A stretch of DNA of 63,311 bases, the filler included, from Octopus bimaculoides (lineage: Eukaryota): NCBI RefSeq assembly GCF_001194135.2. It is 6 parts of 6 records of this genome, joined end to end, with 100 filler letters (N's around TTAATTAATTAA, not from the genome) between each part and the next. Parts side by side here need not be neighbours in the genome. Positions count along the whole stretch, not along the records: positions 1 to 19,920 come from NC_069001.1; positions 20,021 to 30,499 come from NC_068993.1; 4 more parts are not named here. One strand, written 5' to 3'. Made by a program: the position numbers and the translations under genes. This document shows, piece after piece, positions 11,611 through 24,725 of the stretch; position 1 is the first letter of the stretch, and each line of letters starts with the position of its first letter. Under the pieces are notes generated by a model. The model was given only the letters and a program-made list of their open reading frames with translations, was not told the origin of the DNA and made no database searches.

Positions 11611-12940
11611 TGTGTCTTCCAAGACAGACAGACAGACAAACGGACGGACGCACAGACAGACAGATGGATAGATAGATAGATAGATAGATAGGCAGGCAAA
11701 CAGAAAGATAGACAAACAGATAGATTGACAGATAGATAGATCTTGCATTCATACATACATACGTTATAAATACATATGTTTGTTAGTATGTTCATTTGCG
11801 TATGTGTTGCTCTCCGCACCACCATCACCATCACCACTATCACCATCATCACTACTATTACCAATACCACCACTACTCCTACCCCCACCACTACCATCAC
11901 CACCACCACCTAAACCATTACTCTACACCCACCACTACCACAATCAGCGTTGGTCTACCACCGTTCAATAGCAAGGCCATTATCTTTCATAATTGTTGTT
12001 GGCCGCAACGATGAAATGTGTTCAAGATTCGGCCACATCCGAGCTTATTGTTTGCCATTTCCGGTTCACCTATCATGTCCAATCTAAATCTGTTAACCCC
12101 GTGGGTCAAGCACAGCATTTTACACTGTTCAAGGATGGTAGGGTTGTGGTGGCAGGGGCTGGAATACGGCCCCTGAAAGAGGTGGTGGTGGGGGTTGGGG
12201 TAGGACATTAGGATTTCCCTTCCATTATATATTCATTGCTGACAAAAAAAATAAAAAAAGAACCGCAACCACAAAATATCGATGACGTCTCACAAAGCAA
12301 GAACAACAACAGTAACAACAATAATAATAATACAACAGCAATAATACAAACACAAATAAACAAATTACATGACCCCCTCCTTTTTTTGTACTTTTTCCCT
12401 CCCACCCCTAAGAATATGTTTCCGTTCCGATCCCCACCTACCCTTCTATGCCTAACTGCCGAACGAACCCTCTCCACCCGCTTCGCATCCCAGATAGCAT
12501 TGTCCAAACTTCTACAGCCATTGACGCCTCAATCGCCACAACCGTTGCAATCGCCACCATCATCATTGGGTTATCATATGTTTGTAGGTACATCAGCATG
12601 CACGCATACATGGATCTCTATACTTACACACACACATGCATATGTACATATGTTAAACATATGTAAATTGTAGATGTCCAAATAATTATCCCCTGAACAA
12701 TAGGTCCTTGAAAAACATCTAGTGCACACGAACAACATCGTGGACTTCAACAGAAAAAACAAAAAACAAAAAGCAAGCATCTCATCGATAGGTACTTACA
12801 TGCATACATACGTACTTGCATCCATCCATCCAGCCATCCATACATACAAACATACATATACATGTGTGTGTGCGTGTGTGTGTGCGTGTGCGTGTGTGTG
12901 TATGTGTGTGTGTGTGTGTGTGTGCCCGTGCGTGTGAAAT

Positions 12941-13160
12941 TGCATGGCTAAGTGGTTAGAGCGTCGAGCTTACAATCGTGAGGCAGTGAATTCGAAATCT
13001 GGACAGGGCTATATGTTGTGTTCTTGAGCAAGACACTTTATTTCATGTTGCTCCGGTTCACTCAGTTATAGAAATGTGTTGTGACGTCACCGGTGATAAG
13101 TTGTATCGGCCCCTTTGCCTTTCCCTCGGACAACATCGATGGTGCAGGAAGGAAAACTGG
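12941..13160 (+). mobile_element. SINE sharing the family C head, different body
   Basis: gcatggctaagtggttagagc...cttgagcaagacactttatttcatgttgctcc matches 38681-38790, then diverges. Confidence 0.75.
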
Positions 13161-14732
13161 TATGCAAGGGTGACTCCTGGTTTTCCACAAACGATCTACT
13201 AAAGACAAGTAGATATTGAGGATTCTGTTTTTTTCTCTTATTGCAATTTAAACTAAATACAATATGCTTATGTATATATATATGTGTATATATATGTATA
13301 TATATACATATATATATACATATGTATATATATATGTGTGTATATATGTATGTGTATATATATATGTGTATATATACATGTGTATATATATACATATATA
13401 CATATATATATNNNNNNNNNNNNNNNNNNNNNNNNNNNNNNNNNNNNNNNNNNNNNNNNNNNNNNNNNNNNNNNNNNNNNNNNNNNNNNNNNNNNNNNNN
13501 NNNNNNNNNNNNNNNNNNNNNNNNNNNNNNNNNNNNNNNNNNNNNNNNNNNNNNNNNNNNNNNNNNNNNNNNNNNNNNNNNNNNNNNNNNNNNNNNNNNN
13601 NNNNNNNNNNNNNNNNNNNNNNNNNNNNNNNNNNNNNNNNNNNNNNNNNNNNNNNNNNNNNNNNNNNNNNNNNNNNNNNNNNNNNNNNNNNNNNNNNNNN
13701 NNNNNNNNNNNNNNNNNNNNNNNNNNNNNNNNNNNNNNNNNNNNNNNNNNNNNNNNNNNNNNNNNNNNNNNNNNNNNNNNNNNNNNNNNNNNNNNNNNNN
13801 NNNNNNNNNNNNNNNNNNNNNNNNNNNNNNNNNNNNNNNNNNNNNNNNNNNNNNNNNNNNNNNNNNNNNNNNNNNNNNNNNNNNNNNNNNNNNNNNNNNN
13901 NNNNNNNNNNNNNNNNNNNNNNNNNNNNNNNNNNNNNNNNNNNNNNNNNNNNNNNNNNNNNNNNNNNNNNNNNNNNNNNNNNNNNNNNNNNNNNNNNNNN
14001 NNNNNNNNNNNNNNNNNNNNNNNNNNNNNNNNNAACCAAATATTCTGCAGTAGATGAATTTAAGGATGAAGAAAGATAAGCCGATATATCCTCAATAGAT
14101 TTGCGCAGAATATTTGTGGCCAAGGTTTATTGTCTTACGGGCGGGAAGAGGCAGGGCGCGAAACCGTTAAAGCCAGTATTAAGGATGTCTAACATGAACA
14201 CATGAAAGACCACATTACTTAGAGATAAGCTAGAAAGAGAGAAGATAACAATCACTATCAACTTAAACTGACTTGGCCGTCGCGTGTCAACGAAAACCGA
14301 GAGGTCAAAGTTCACAGATTTAGTGTTTTAGACAGTAGCGATAGACAAACACGCAGACACACAGGCAGACAGACAAATTATGGTAGGAAGGTGCATAAGT
14401 ATGGGGAGGGGTGAAGGAAGAGGAAGTCATAATGTATATAACTCAGAGAGGAAGGGGTGGCGGCGGAGTGAAACGGCTTGGTTTGGAGAGACTAGTAGTA
14501 GTAGTAGTAGTAGTAGTAGTAAACAACAATGATAATGTTCGTTCGCGTTTTGTTCTTTGTAATGTCTTTGGTGTGGAAAGTCTGATGATGAGGATATTAA
14601 TAGAATCGCTTGTTGTTTTGTTGTTGCTGTTTTTGTTGTTTTTGCCGTTGTTGTTGTTGTTTTTAGTATTGATGTTGATTTCCTGCTTCTGTTGTTGATA
14701 ACAAAGTCACTATTCTACTACTACTACTACTG

Positions 14733-14769
<37 letters not shown>

Positions 14770-15360
14770 CACTACTACCACTAACACTAACACCACCACC
14801 ACCACCACTAACACCACCACCACCACCACAACAACAACTACTACTACTACTACTACAATCACTACTGCTGCTGCTGCTGCTACAGTTACTACTACTACTA
14901 CTGCTACTACTACTGATAAGGATAATGATAATGCTGATGTCGACGATGATGACGATGATGGTGATAATGATGACGATAGTGATGATGATGATGATGATGA
15001 TGATGTTGATGACGACGATGATTATAATGATGATGATGATGATGGTGATAATGTTGATGACGACGACGATGATGATGATGATGATGATGATGAAGATGAA
15101 GAGGTGTAGAGAGATGAGATGAAGAGGATGAGGACGACAACAAAGAATTGCAGGAGACAATCATTAAGGGAAATGTACGAAATGTGGTCTCAGTGCAGTG
15201 AGGAATTATCTCTGTTGAGGAATGAGACCAATTTGGTTTTTTCATCTTTCTTGGTAGAAAGGAAGCGGGGAAGCTCCCATCATCCTATCTTGTATAGACA
15301 GGTTTTTAATGAAGTCACCCCAAATTTTTACCAAAAACAGCAACTGAAAGGAGATAGTGC

Positions 15361-15393
<33 letters not shown>

Positions 15394-15587
15394 CCTTTCT
15401 ACTATAGACACAAGGCCTGAAATTTGGGGGCGGGGTAAGTTGATTATATCAACCCCAGTATGATTGGTACTTGGGTGTTAAATATCGTGGAAAGAGACTC
15501 TGTAAGCCCTTTGACAACAGGTTGTCTGTTTTTACAGAATTAACCGGAGCAAGTGAGATCGAGAACCCCGAGAAGTGAAATGGATAC

Positions 15588-15621
<34 letters not shown>

Positions 15622-15946
15622 CTCTGATGTAGAACCAGGCGGTGGCTCTCATTGCTTCTGATCTTAACTGATTGGAAGTGTTATCATGTACATTGTTTTC
15701 TCTTGGTACAAAAGATGGGCTACGGGAAATAGTCTGCCCAGTACCACAGATTTGCTTGTCAGTTGCTTGACTGTAACCAGTTGATCATGTCCCTTGGTGG
15801 CTGACGATATGTACATCTCTGATCACGAGCAGAAGTAGTTGGGGGAGCATCATAGCCATGTGTTGAGAGGAATTCTTTGGGATTTTTAATAATTCACCTC
15901 CGGAAACATGGTTGTTTTGTTCAACGTCCTTAAACAACCCTTATTC

Positions 15947-15977
<31 letters not shown>

Positions 15978-16060
15978 GATAAACAAACAAACCGAAAAGC
16001 TGGATTGTCATGGCCGGAATGTCTTTGATCATATGTCTACTAACCTAGGGCTAAAGAGAT

Positions 16061-16109
<49 letters not shown>

Positions 16110-17063
16110 CAGCAGCAGTAACGAAATCGTTTCACATCTACCCACACAAAATGAAAGATCAAATGAAAATGTTTGAAGTTGAACAAAACTGAAAGAAAAC
16201 CTGTTGTGTTTTATTTTATTTTATTTTACTTTATCTTATTTTAGGTTTCTTTTTCTTTATTTTTTCTTCTAATTTTGTCTTTTGTTCTTCTTCTCGTATT
16301 CGATATCAATATCACTAGTAAAACATCAGCAATATTCTAGAAATATATAATAATTTCTTTGTCTGCTATTTCACTATTTTTCTTGACAATTCCCGTCATC
16401 GCTTACCCATCGTAATCTCCATATTTAATCTTAATTTAAAAACTCAACAAAAGCTATTTCGGCGGTAACAACAACACCACCACCAACAACAACAACAACA
16501 ATGACAGTGACAGCAACAACAACAACAACAACAACAACAACACCAATCACGACGACAACGAAATCATTGATCGTCTGACAAAATGAAAGACTTTGCGTTA
16601 AGATTCCGTTAATTAAGCTATTATAATATTTCTGGGTGTAGTTAGTTAAAAACAAGAAAGACGAGCAAAAAAAAAACAGAAAATTAAGAAATATAAAAAT
16701 AAAAATATAAAAAAAGCTAATAAGATATTTAAAATCTATATAATTAATATTAATTTTATTTACCAGCATGAAGAAACTTTCCACCAGTTTCTTTCAGAAT
16801 AATCTAGCCAGTGATGGAAATCTCTTTGGGAGTTCTCAATGGAGCTAGATTGAAATGGCGTCCGGCTCATTCCAGCGCCAAATACACATACACACACACA
16901 CATACAGACACACACATACATACAGACACACACACACATGGACACATACATACATACATACATACATACACTCACGCATATGTTCATATACATACATACG
17001 TACGCACATACACGCACACCTACACAAACATACATACATACACACGAGCACATACATGCATAG

Positions 17064-17124
<61 letters not shown>

Positions 17125-17334
17125 CATACATATACACGTATTTACACACACTCACATACACACTCACACGCACATGTTCATATACATACACACACACAGA
17201 TACACACACACAGATACACACACACGTACACAAACACACACACACACACACACACACAGAAATTTATCTTCTGTCTCCATCACCACCGCCACACCTGACA
17301 AAACTATAAAAATAAATACACCAAAAATAAACTT

Positions 17335-17378
<44 letters not shown>

Positions 17379-17530
17379 CCATTCAATAATCGCTGTGTGA
17401 TAATAGTTCGATCTGGAAAGGCAACAAAAACAAAAAGAAAAAAGCAAAAAACAATAGAAATTAACTTAGAGGACTTCAAAGAATGTTATTAGTTAAATTA
17501 AACCATTTAAAAACGTGATGCAATTGATTT

Positions 17531-17562
<32 letters not shown>

Positions 17563-17598
17563 GTAAAATCAGCAACAATGATAGCAACTGTTGTTAAC

Positions 17599-17631
<33 letters not shown>

Positions 17632-17639
17632 CACCACCA

Positions 17640-17670
<31 letters not shown>

Positions 17671-17698
17671 TATCATTATCATCATCAACATTATGATC

Positions 17699-17738
<40 letters not shown>

Positions 17739-18224
17739 CCATCATCATCGTTATCATCATCAGCTATTAATTCGTTATGTAGATCAATATTCGATAGTTA
17801 ACGGAGCACTGAAGTCGTTGTTGGCGTGTTGGATAATCGGTGGAGCATCATCAAGTCGAATATAAAGCTGCGCGTGTCATATTCGGTGCTTAGCTATATT
17901 CATATTATATTCTGTAAGTTCAAATCCCAAGTGCGACTGATTCTGCTTTTCTCCCTTCCTGGGTAACATATAAAGTCAAGGCGGGGGTTGCTTTAATAAG
18001 CTGACTCCCTGGTGGGTACCATACCTTCTCCTTCTGGGTACGATAGAATTCATGGGGTGGGGTGATAACTAGATCTTATCGCAGGAGTTCCTGGAAGGCT
18101 ATTCGACCATGTTATAAAACAATTTTCGTCCCTTCCGGTGCAGGTGCTTTATGGTATACCTTGCTTGAAAAGAAGCAGCCGCCATTATAAACATAACTGG
18201 TCAGGTATGAATCTTTATATCTTT

Positions 18225-18655
18225 TATCTCTTACTTGTTTCATTCATTAGATTTCGGCCATGCTGGGGCACCACCTTGAAGGGTTTCTTCGAACGAATCG
18301 AGCCTAGAACTTATTCTATCGGTCTCTTTTGTCGAACCACTATGCTACGTCGGCATTAACAAATCAACACCGTGTGTCAAGTGACGATAGGAACAAACAC
18401 AAAGACACACACACACGCACACATAATCTTTTCAGTTCTAGGCATAAGGCTTGAAATTTTAGATCGACCCCAGTACGCAAACTGGTACTTAATTTATCGA
18501 CCTCAAAAGGATGAAAAGCAAAATTGACATCGGCGGAATTTGAACTCACAACGTAAAGACAGACGAAATACAGCTAAGCATTTCGCCCGGCGTGCTAACA
18601 TTTCTTATTTCTTTACTGCCCACAAGGGGCTACACACAGAGGGGACAGACAAATA
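18225..18655 (-). mobile_element. SINE cluster: family A 3' half plus family B tail-to-head dimer remnant
   Basis: Family A tail at 18225-18440; family B body at 18445-18600 abutting a family B tail at 18601-18655. Confidence 0.8.
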
Positions 18656-18659
18656 AAAG

Positions 18660-18882
18660 CTTCCAGGAAGTCCACAGACATTTTTGCAAGGAGTCGCCTC
18701 CCCATCCTTGGACTTTTCTAGGTAATTTCGTCCCTATCATCGGACTTTTCCAGGTAATCTCGCCTTCCCCCTTCCTAGGGACTTTCCAGGAAGTCCTTCC
18801 CCCTCCTCAGAACTTTCCAGGAAGTCCTCCCTCACCTTCTCTTCCTCGGAATTTTCCAGGAAGTCTTCCCGCTCCTCGGAAG
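18660..18882. repeat. ~30-bp GC-richer minisatellite with palindromic core GGACTTTCCAGGAAGTCC
   Basis: Six to seven degenerate units; TTCCAGGAA at 18661, 18784, 18815 and 18854. Confidence 0.8.
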
Positions 18883-19149
18883 ATAAAATATCATCAGAAA
18901 TAGTATGAAAAATTGTTTAAATATTTTGTGTATTGTGCAAATATACCACATATTGCATATAAATATATACAACAAAATCTTGAATGGACCTCAAAGACTC
19001 ATTTATATACCCAAGAGCCATATAGATTGCAGTTGAAAACTACTGGTTTACACAGAAAAAGTGTTTATATATGTTCATATATACAGCTAGTTAGGATGTA
19101 TGCATCTCCACTTTAGTGCAATATATATATATATATAAATATGTATATA

Positions 19150-19272
19150 CGGGGGTGAAAAGTTTTGAGCCTTCAAGGTCTTTGAGCCTTCTCGGCTTGA
19201 ACCTTCATCAGATGTCTTGTATCATGTTTTGTTTTGTCTTTTTGAGGCTCAAGACTTTTCATACACCCCTCG
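19150..19272. mobile_element. Tc1/mariner-type MITE (123 bp)
   Basis: TA|cgggggtgaaaagttttgagcct ... aggctcaagacttttcatacacccctcg|TA; imperfect TIRs with TA flanks at 19148-49 and 19273-74. Confidence 0.75.
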
Positions 19273-19274
19273 TA

Positions 19275-19325
<51 letters not shown>

Positions 19326-19641
19326 CATATATATAGATATAGATATAGATATATGAAACCGTAAACGTATGTATGTCTGTATGCACATATACAAACACAC
19401 ACACATATATATGTATATACACACATGTATAGAAATATGTATATATATATATATACACACACTTACACATATAAACATATGCATATATATATTGAGCTTT
19501 CATACTTAAACACACATGCATACATTTAGACATCAACAATATTCAGTCATACACCCATCCACATACTCATTCATTCATAATTACACATAATTATCCACAC
19601 ACATACAAGCATAAACACATACATCCATGGTTATATATATA

Positions 19642-19674
<33 letters not shown>

Positions 19675-19794
19675 ATACACATATGCATGCATACTGACAT
19701 TTCCCCATACATTCATACACCATCCTGGAATACACACACACGCACGCACACACATACATATCCACACGCACATACCCAAATACTTACATACATA

Positions 19795-19830
<36 letters not shown>

Positions 19831-19920
19831 CATACATACATACATACGTTTGTTCGTACGTACGTACAGAAACGTATATTTTCATACACATATACACTAC
19901 TGCAAACATACACGCATATA

Positions 19921-20020
19921 NNNNNNNNNNNNNNNNNNNNNNNNNNNNNNNNNNNNNNNNNNNNTTAATTAATTAANNNNNNNNNNNNNNNNNNNNNNNN
20001 NNNNNNNNNNNNNNNNNNNN
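19921..20020. other. Artificial scaffold spacer (44N-TTAATTAATTAA-44N)
   Basis: Exactly 100 bp with TTAATTAATTAA (stop codons in all six frames) at 19965-19976; identical design recurs five times. Confidence 0.95.
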
Positions 20021-20375
20021 TAAGGACTGTGTCAAGTCCTCATTAAAGGCCTGTGATATGCAGGACACTGACTGGGAGAACAATGCCTGTCATCGCCAAA
20101 GATGGAGGAAGCAAATTAAGGAGGGGATCGACACTTTTGAGAGAGCATGTATCCAGCATGAAGAACTTAAGCGAGCTGCGCGAAAGCGCACGGCTCGTAT
20201 AGTGAATGGGGAAAGCTTGGTCTGCAATGTTTGCAGTCATGTATGCTTGTCAAGAGCAGGGCTCATTAGCCACCAATGGAGCCGCAAATGCAAAATATAA
20301 GTTAGTCCTAGAGCGCACAATGTTTCTGAAGGTTGGCAATGGTCTTCCTTGGTCACGAGTGGACGGCCATCATGT
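20021..20375 (+). mobile_element. RTE (BovB-like) LINE 3' end
   Basis: KDCVKSSLKACDMQDTDWENNACHRQRWRKQIKEG...VCNVCSHVCLSRAGLISHQ*: RTE ORF2 C-terminus with Zn-knuckle; short 3'UTR ending in an (ATGT)n tail. Confidence 0.85.
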
Positions 20376-20500
20376 ATGTATGTGGTATTGGTGTATCTCA
20401 GGCAACATGCTTGTGGTCTAGTTGTGGTCATGTTTGTGGTCTAGACGTCATTCCTTAGTTTGTTTTCAATCCACTGATATATGATGCCCTTGCCAGCTTA

Positions 20501-22060
20501 GTGTTGCCTGAATCTCAGGATGGCTTTCAGCCTGGTAGAGGCGCAGTGGATATGATTTTCAGGCTAAGGCAACTGCAACTGAGCACAACCAAGATCTTTT
20601 TGTCACTGCTGTAGATCTAACTAAAGCTTTCGACACTGTATTTAGGGATGCTCTTTGGGTTGTCCTTAGAATGCTAGGTGTTCCCAAAAAGATGCTCAGT
20701 GTCATCATTTCTTTCCATCAAAGGATGATGGCTTCTGTTAGATCTAGCAGAGAAGTGTCCAATTCATTCACAGTCTCAAATGGGACAAAACAAGCCTGTG
20801 TTCTTGCACCATTCTTATTTGCTTTGTATCTCTGTCATGCTGGAAACAGTATTTGAGGGTGCTAAATAAGGAGTAAAGTTTGAGTATAGAACCAGTGGTG
20901 GCCTATTCAACCGACCGTGCTTCAAAGCAAAAACTAAGACTTTGGTGCAAACAGCTTGAGGTTTGCTCTTTGCAGACAATTGTGCACTTATAACACACAC
21001 TCTTGAAGACATGCAATGGGTTCTAAACAACTTCTTGCAGGCATCAAAGGCTTTTGGTCTGACCATCAACATCAAGAAAACTGAGTGTGTCCATCAGCCC
21101 ATTTGTGACCATCCTTCCGCTGTGGCACTTTCTGTATATGTTGATGGAAAAGCATTAAAAATTGTTTCCTCCTTCACTTATCTTGGTTCCATTGTAACCA
21201 ATGATGCTAAGATAGATAAAGATATTGAGTCCAGGGTCAGGAAGGCTAGTTCCACTTTTGGTAAGCTTTATCACAGGCTTTGGAATAACTGTAATGTATT
21301 GTTGAAGGTGAAAGTTGGTGGTTTTGACATCATTGCTTTATGATGCTGAAGCCTGGACTCTGTACTGAAAGCATATCAACCAGCTTGATGCTTTTCATAT
21401 GTGATACTTGCATACTATCTCAAACATAAAACTGAGTGGCCATATTCATAACAGTGACGTACTAACAAAATAACATATTAGGTATTGAAGCCATCCTCAT
21501 CAAAATACAACTTAGATGGCCAGGTCATCTCTCACATATGAGTGACATCAGAATTCTGAAGCAACTTTTCTAAGGCCAATTCCTAACAAGAAAGTCAGAT
21601 GGAAGGCCACTCTTGCACTTCAAACACAAACTAAAAGACAGTCTGAAATGATACAAAATTCCTTTTGCTTCATGGGAAAACACAGCACCAGAATACGGGA
21701 TCTGCTGCCAGTCATGCTTTTCCTCAGTTCAAAGATTTGAGCTAAGTCAACTCCAACATCAGGGTCAACTTCATGCAAGTATGAAGGCATGCTGGCAAAA
21801 TGCTGCTCCTCTAAATGGAAACCTTACTTGTCATTGTGGTTTTGTGGCATGAAGTAAAGCAGGCCTTGCTGTCCACTCAAGAAAACACATAGTAAATGAT
21901 CCACAAGCACTTGAGCAAACTGAGTCCTCAACTTGTTCCATTTGCCAAAAGGTTTACAAGGCATCAGTAGGCCTCAAAAGACACATTTGTGTCCATAGAA
22001 CATATTAATGGTTTATTTTACTGAACCCTCATTTGTTGTTCACAGCAAGAGAATCCATCA
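20501..22060 (+). mobile_element. Degenerate RTE LINE, RT domain to 3' end
   Basis: LPESQDGFQPGRGAVDMIF, VDLTKAFDTV, GTKQACVLAPFLF, LLFADNCAL, GLTINIKKT, FTYLGS and C-terminal Cys/His fingers; multiple stops and frameshifts. Confidence 0.92.
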
Positions 22061-22416
22061 TATATATATATATATATATATATAAATAAGAGAGAGATAA
22101 ACCATATGTGATAATGTGTACCACTGGTGGGAAGAAAAAATTCCCTCTGGATATTTGATTGTAGAAAGGAAACATTTTCGCTTGATTGCTAGAACTTGGC
22201 AAAAACTTTNNNNNNNNNNNNNNNNNNNNNNNNNNNNNNNNNNNNNNNNNNNNNNNNNNNNNNNNNNNNNNNNNNNNNNNNNNNNNNNNNNNNNNNNNNN
22301 NNNNNNNNNNNNNNNNNNNNNNNNNNNNNNNNNNNNNNNNNNNNNNNNNNNNNNNNNNNNNNNNNNNNNNNNNNNNNNNNNNNNNNNNNNNNNNNNNTAT
22401 ATATATATATATATAT

Positions 22417-23885
22417 CATCAACATCGTTTAACGTCTGCTTTCCATGCTAGCATGGGTTGGACGATTTGACTGAGGACTGGTGAACCAGATGGCTACACC
22501 AGGCTCCAATCTGATTTGGCAGAGTTTCTACAGCTGGATGCCCTTCCTAACGCCAACCACTCAGAGAGTGTAGTGGGTGCTTTTACGTGCCACCGGCACG
22601 AAGGCTAGTCAGGCGGTACTGGCAACGGCCATGCTCAAAATGGTGTATTTTACGTGGCACCTGCACAAGAATCAGTCCAGCGGCACTGGCAATGATTTCA
22701 CTCGATTGTCTTTGCACGTGCTACCGGCACAAGTGCCAAAGTGCCAGGAAGGTGATACTGGGCACAGGTGCCATCACGATTTCGCTTTCGCTTGCCCCAA
22801 CAGGTCTTTGCAAGCCGAGTTTAATGTCTAATGAAGGAGACGATGTTGGCATGGGTGCCAGTCGACGAGTTTAGTTCGATTTCCATTTCACTTGCCTCAA
22901 CAGGTCTTCGCAAGTGGAGTTTAGTGTCCAATGAAAGAAAGGTACGCACAAGTGGGCTGGTTACACCCCTGGCAGAGGCACTGGATTTAGGTCTCACTTG
23001 GCTTGCCGGGCCTTCTCACGCATAGCATATTTCCAAAGGTCTCGGTCGGAAGTCATCGCCTTGGTGAGGCCCAATGTTCGAAGGTCGTGCCTCACCACCT
23101 CATCCTAGGTCTTCCTGGGCCTACCTCTACCACAGGTTCCCTCAACTGCTAGAGTGTGGCACTTTTTCACACAGCTATCCTCATCCATTCTCGCCACATG
23201 ACCATACCAGCGCAATCATCTCTCTTGCACCCCACAACTGATGCTTCTTAGGTTCAACTTTTCTCTCAAGGTACTTACACTCTGTCTAGTATGCACACTG
23301 ACATTACTCATCCATCGGAGCATACTGGCTTCATTCCTTGCGAGCCTACGCNNNNNNNNNNNNNNNNNNNNNNNNNNNNNNNNNNNNNNNNNNNNNNNNN
23401 NNNNNNNNNNNNNNNNNNNNNNNNNNNNNNNNNNNNNNNNNNNNNNNNNNNNNNNNNNNNNNNNNNNNNNNNNCATGAAGCATGGCTGTTCGTACACATG
23501 CGTCATACAGTCTGCCTTTTACTCTGAGAGAGAGACCCTTTGTCGCCAGCAGAGGTAAGAGCTCTCTGAACTTTGCCCAGGCCATTCTTATTCTAGCAGC
23601 TACACTTTCAGCGCACCTTCCCCCACTACTAACTTGGTTACCTAGATAGCAGAAGCTATCAACCACTTCTAGTTTTTCTCCCTGGAATGTGGCAGAAATT
23701 GTTTTCTGCACATTTACAGTGTTTATAGCTCCTGAACATCTGCTACATACAAAAACTAACTTCCTAGTTAACCTTCCTATGATATTGCTGCACCTCTTAT
23801 GTGTCCATAGCTTGCACTGGGTGCATCTTATAGAGTTTCTACCTATGCGTTTTCTACAGATCAAGCAGGGCAATCAGAAGTGCAA
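22417..23885 (-). mobile_element. 5'-truncated RTE LINE with in-frame PHD finger (younger copy)
   Basis: PCLICRK...CTQCKLWTHKRC...CSRC, then FCYLG, WAKFRELLPLL, RLYDACVR, LRWYGHV and GRGRPRKT; 3'UTR with ggatgcccttcctaacgccaacc and a (GAT)n tail. Confidence 0.92.
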
Positions 23886-24021
23886 TTGTTTAAAAAGCCG
23901 GGTGTGCATGTGCTCCATTATTTAATAAATGAAAAAATGCATTGTAAATAAGCAATGACAGATATATACGTGTATTGAGGGTACAAAATGGTAATACACT
24001 GTTTCATACCATTATCATTAA

Positions 24022-24725
24022 CCTTTTGAGCCCTGATCTCCTGAACCTTATTTGACCATATAGCTGGCTTCCTGAGCAAAATAAGCTGCAAATTGGCTAA
24101 GTATCAATTGCAGCTCTCAAAACAAAAATATCAATGTCAATAACAATCTGACAACACAAACATACAACAGAGATGCCTACCTGGTTCCTAGTGCTAATAT
24201 TCCACCTTGGTCTGCCAATCAGTCCAGCATGTTGATCTTCTTTTGACACAGAGATGAATCTTGCATTCTTGGCAACAGACGGCTGATTTGATTGCTTTGA
24301 CTGGATAATCCTTGTAAGGAACACCGGGGTTTTTGACTTGAATTTGTTGTACTTCTTGGTACATACAACACACAGTGTGTTTGTTGACCCATCATCTGGA
24401 ATGTGTGGATGGTGGTGGCCTACATTTTGGAGATGAACAGGGACTTCGTGATCATGAGCTCTGCAAACAGCTTTTGTGTGAAACTCACTGACAAGTCCTA
24501 CACTGTACTGATCCAGATAAAGGGACTAGAATATAACATATGCAGTGTAGGTAGCCCACATGAGAAATTTCTTGGCCTCTTGTCTTGTAAAGTTTTATTA
24601 TTTGATCGTTGGATAAACATAAATCATCGTACTTTAGTGCAGATGCACTCCACCAGTCGAGTGGTGCTATGGTATAGTGAAAAATAAGCCATCCACTGGT
24701 AAACCAGTGTTACAGGCTCAAAGGG
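24022..24725 (-). mobile_element. 704-bp internally deleted piggyBac element
   Basis: TTAA TSDs at 24018-21 and 24726-29; TIRs ccttttgagccctga / tacaggctcaaaggg; retains a frameshifted C-terminus KKFLMWATYTAYVIF...CVVCTKKYNKF..PGVPYKDYP...CCQECKIHLCVKRRSTCWTDWQTKVEY* (cysteine-rich domain). Confidence 0.88.

Noticed and set aside
15620-15947. Unique-looking block after (AAT)n, possibly a LINE 3'UTR repeat
   Set aside because: It resembles an abundant octopus repeat from memory, but there is only one copy here and no coding or terminal signature, so it could not be classified.
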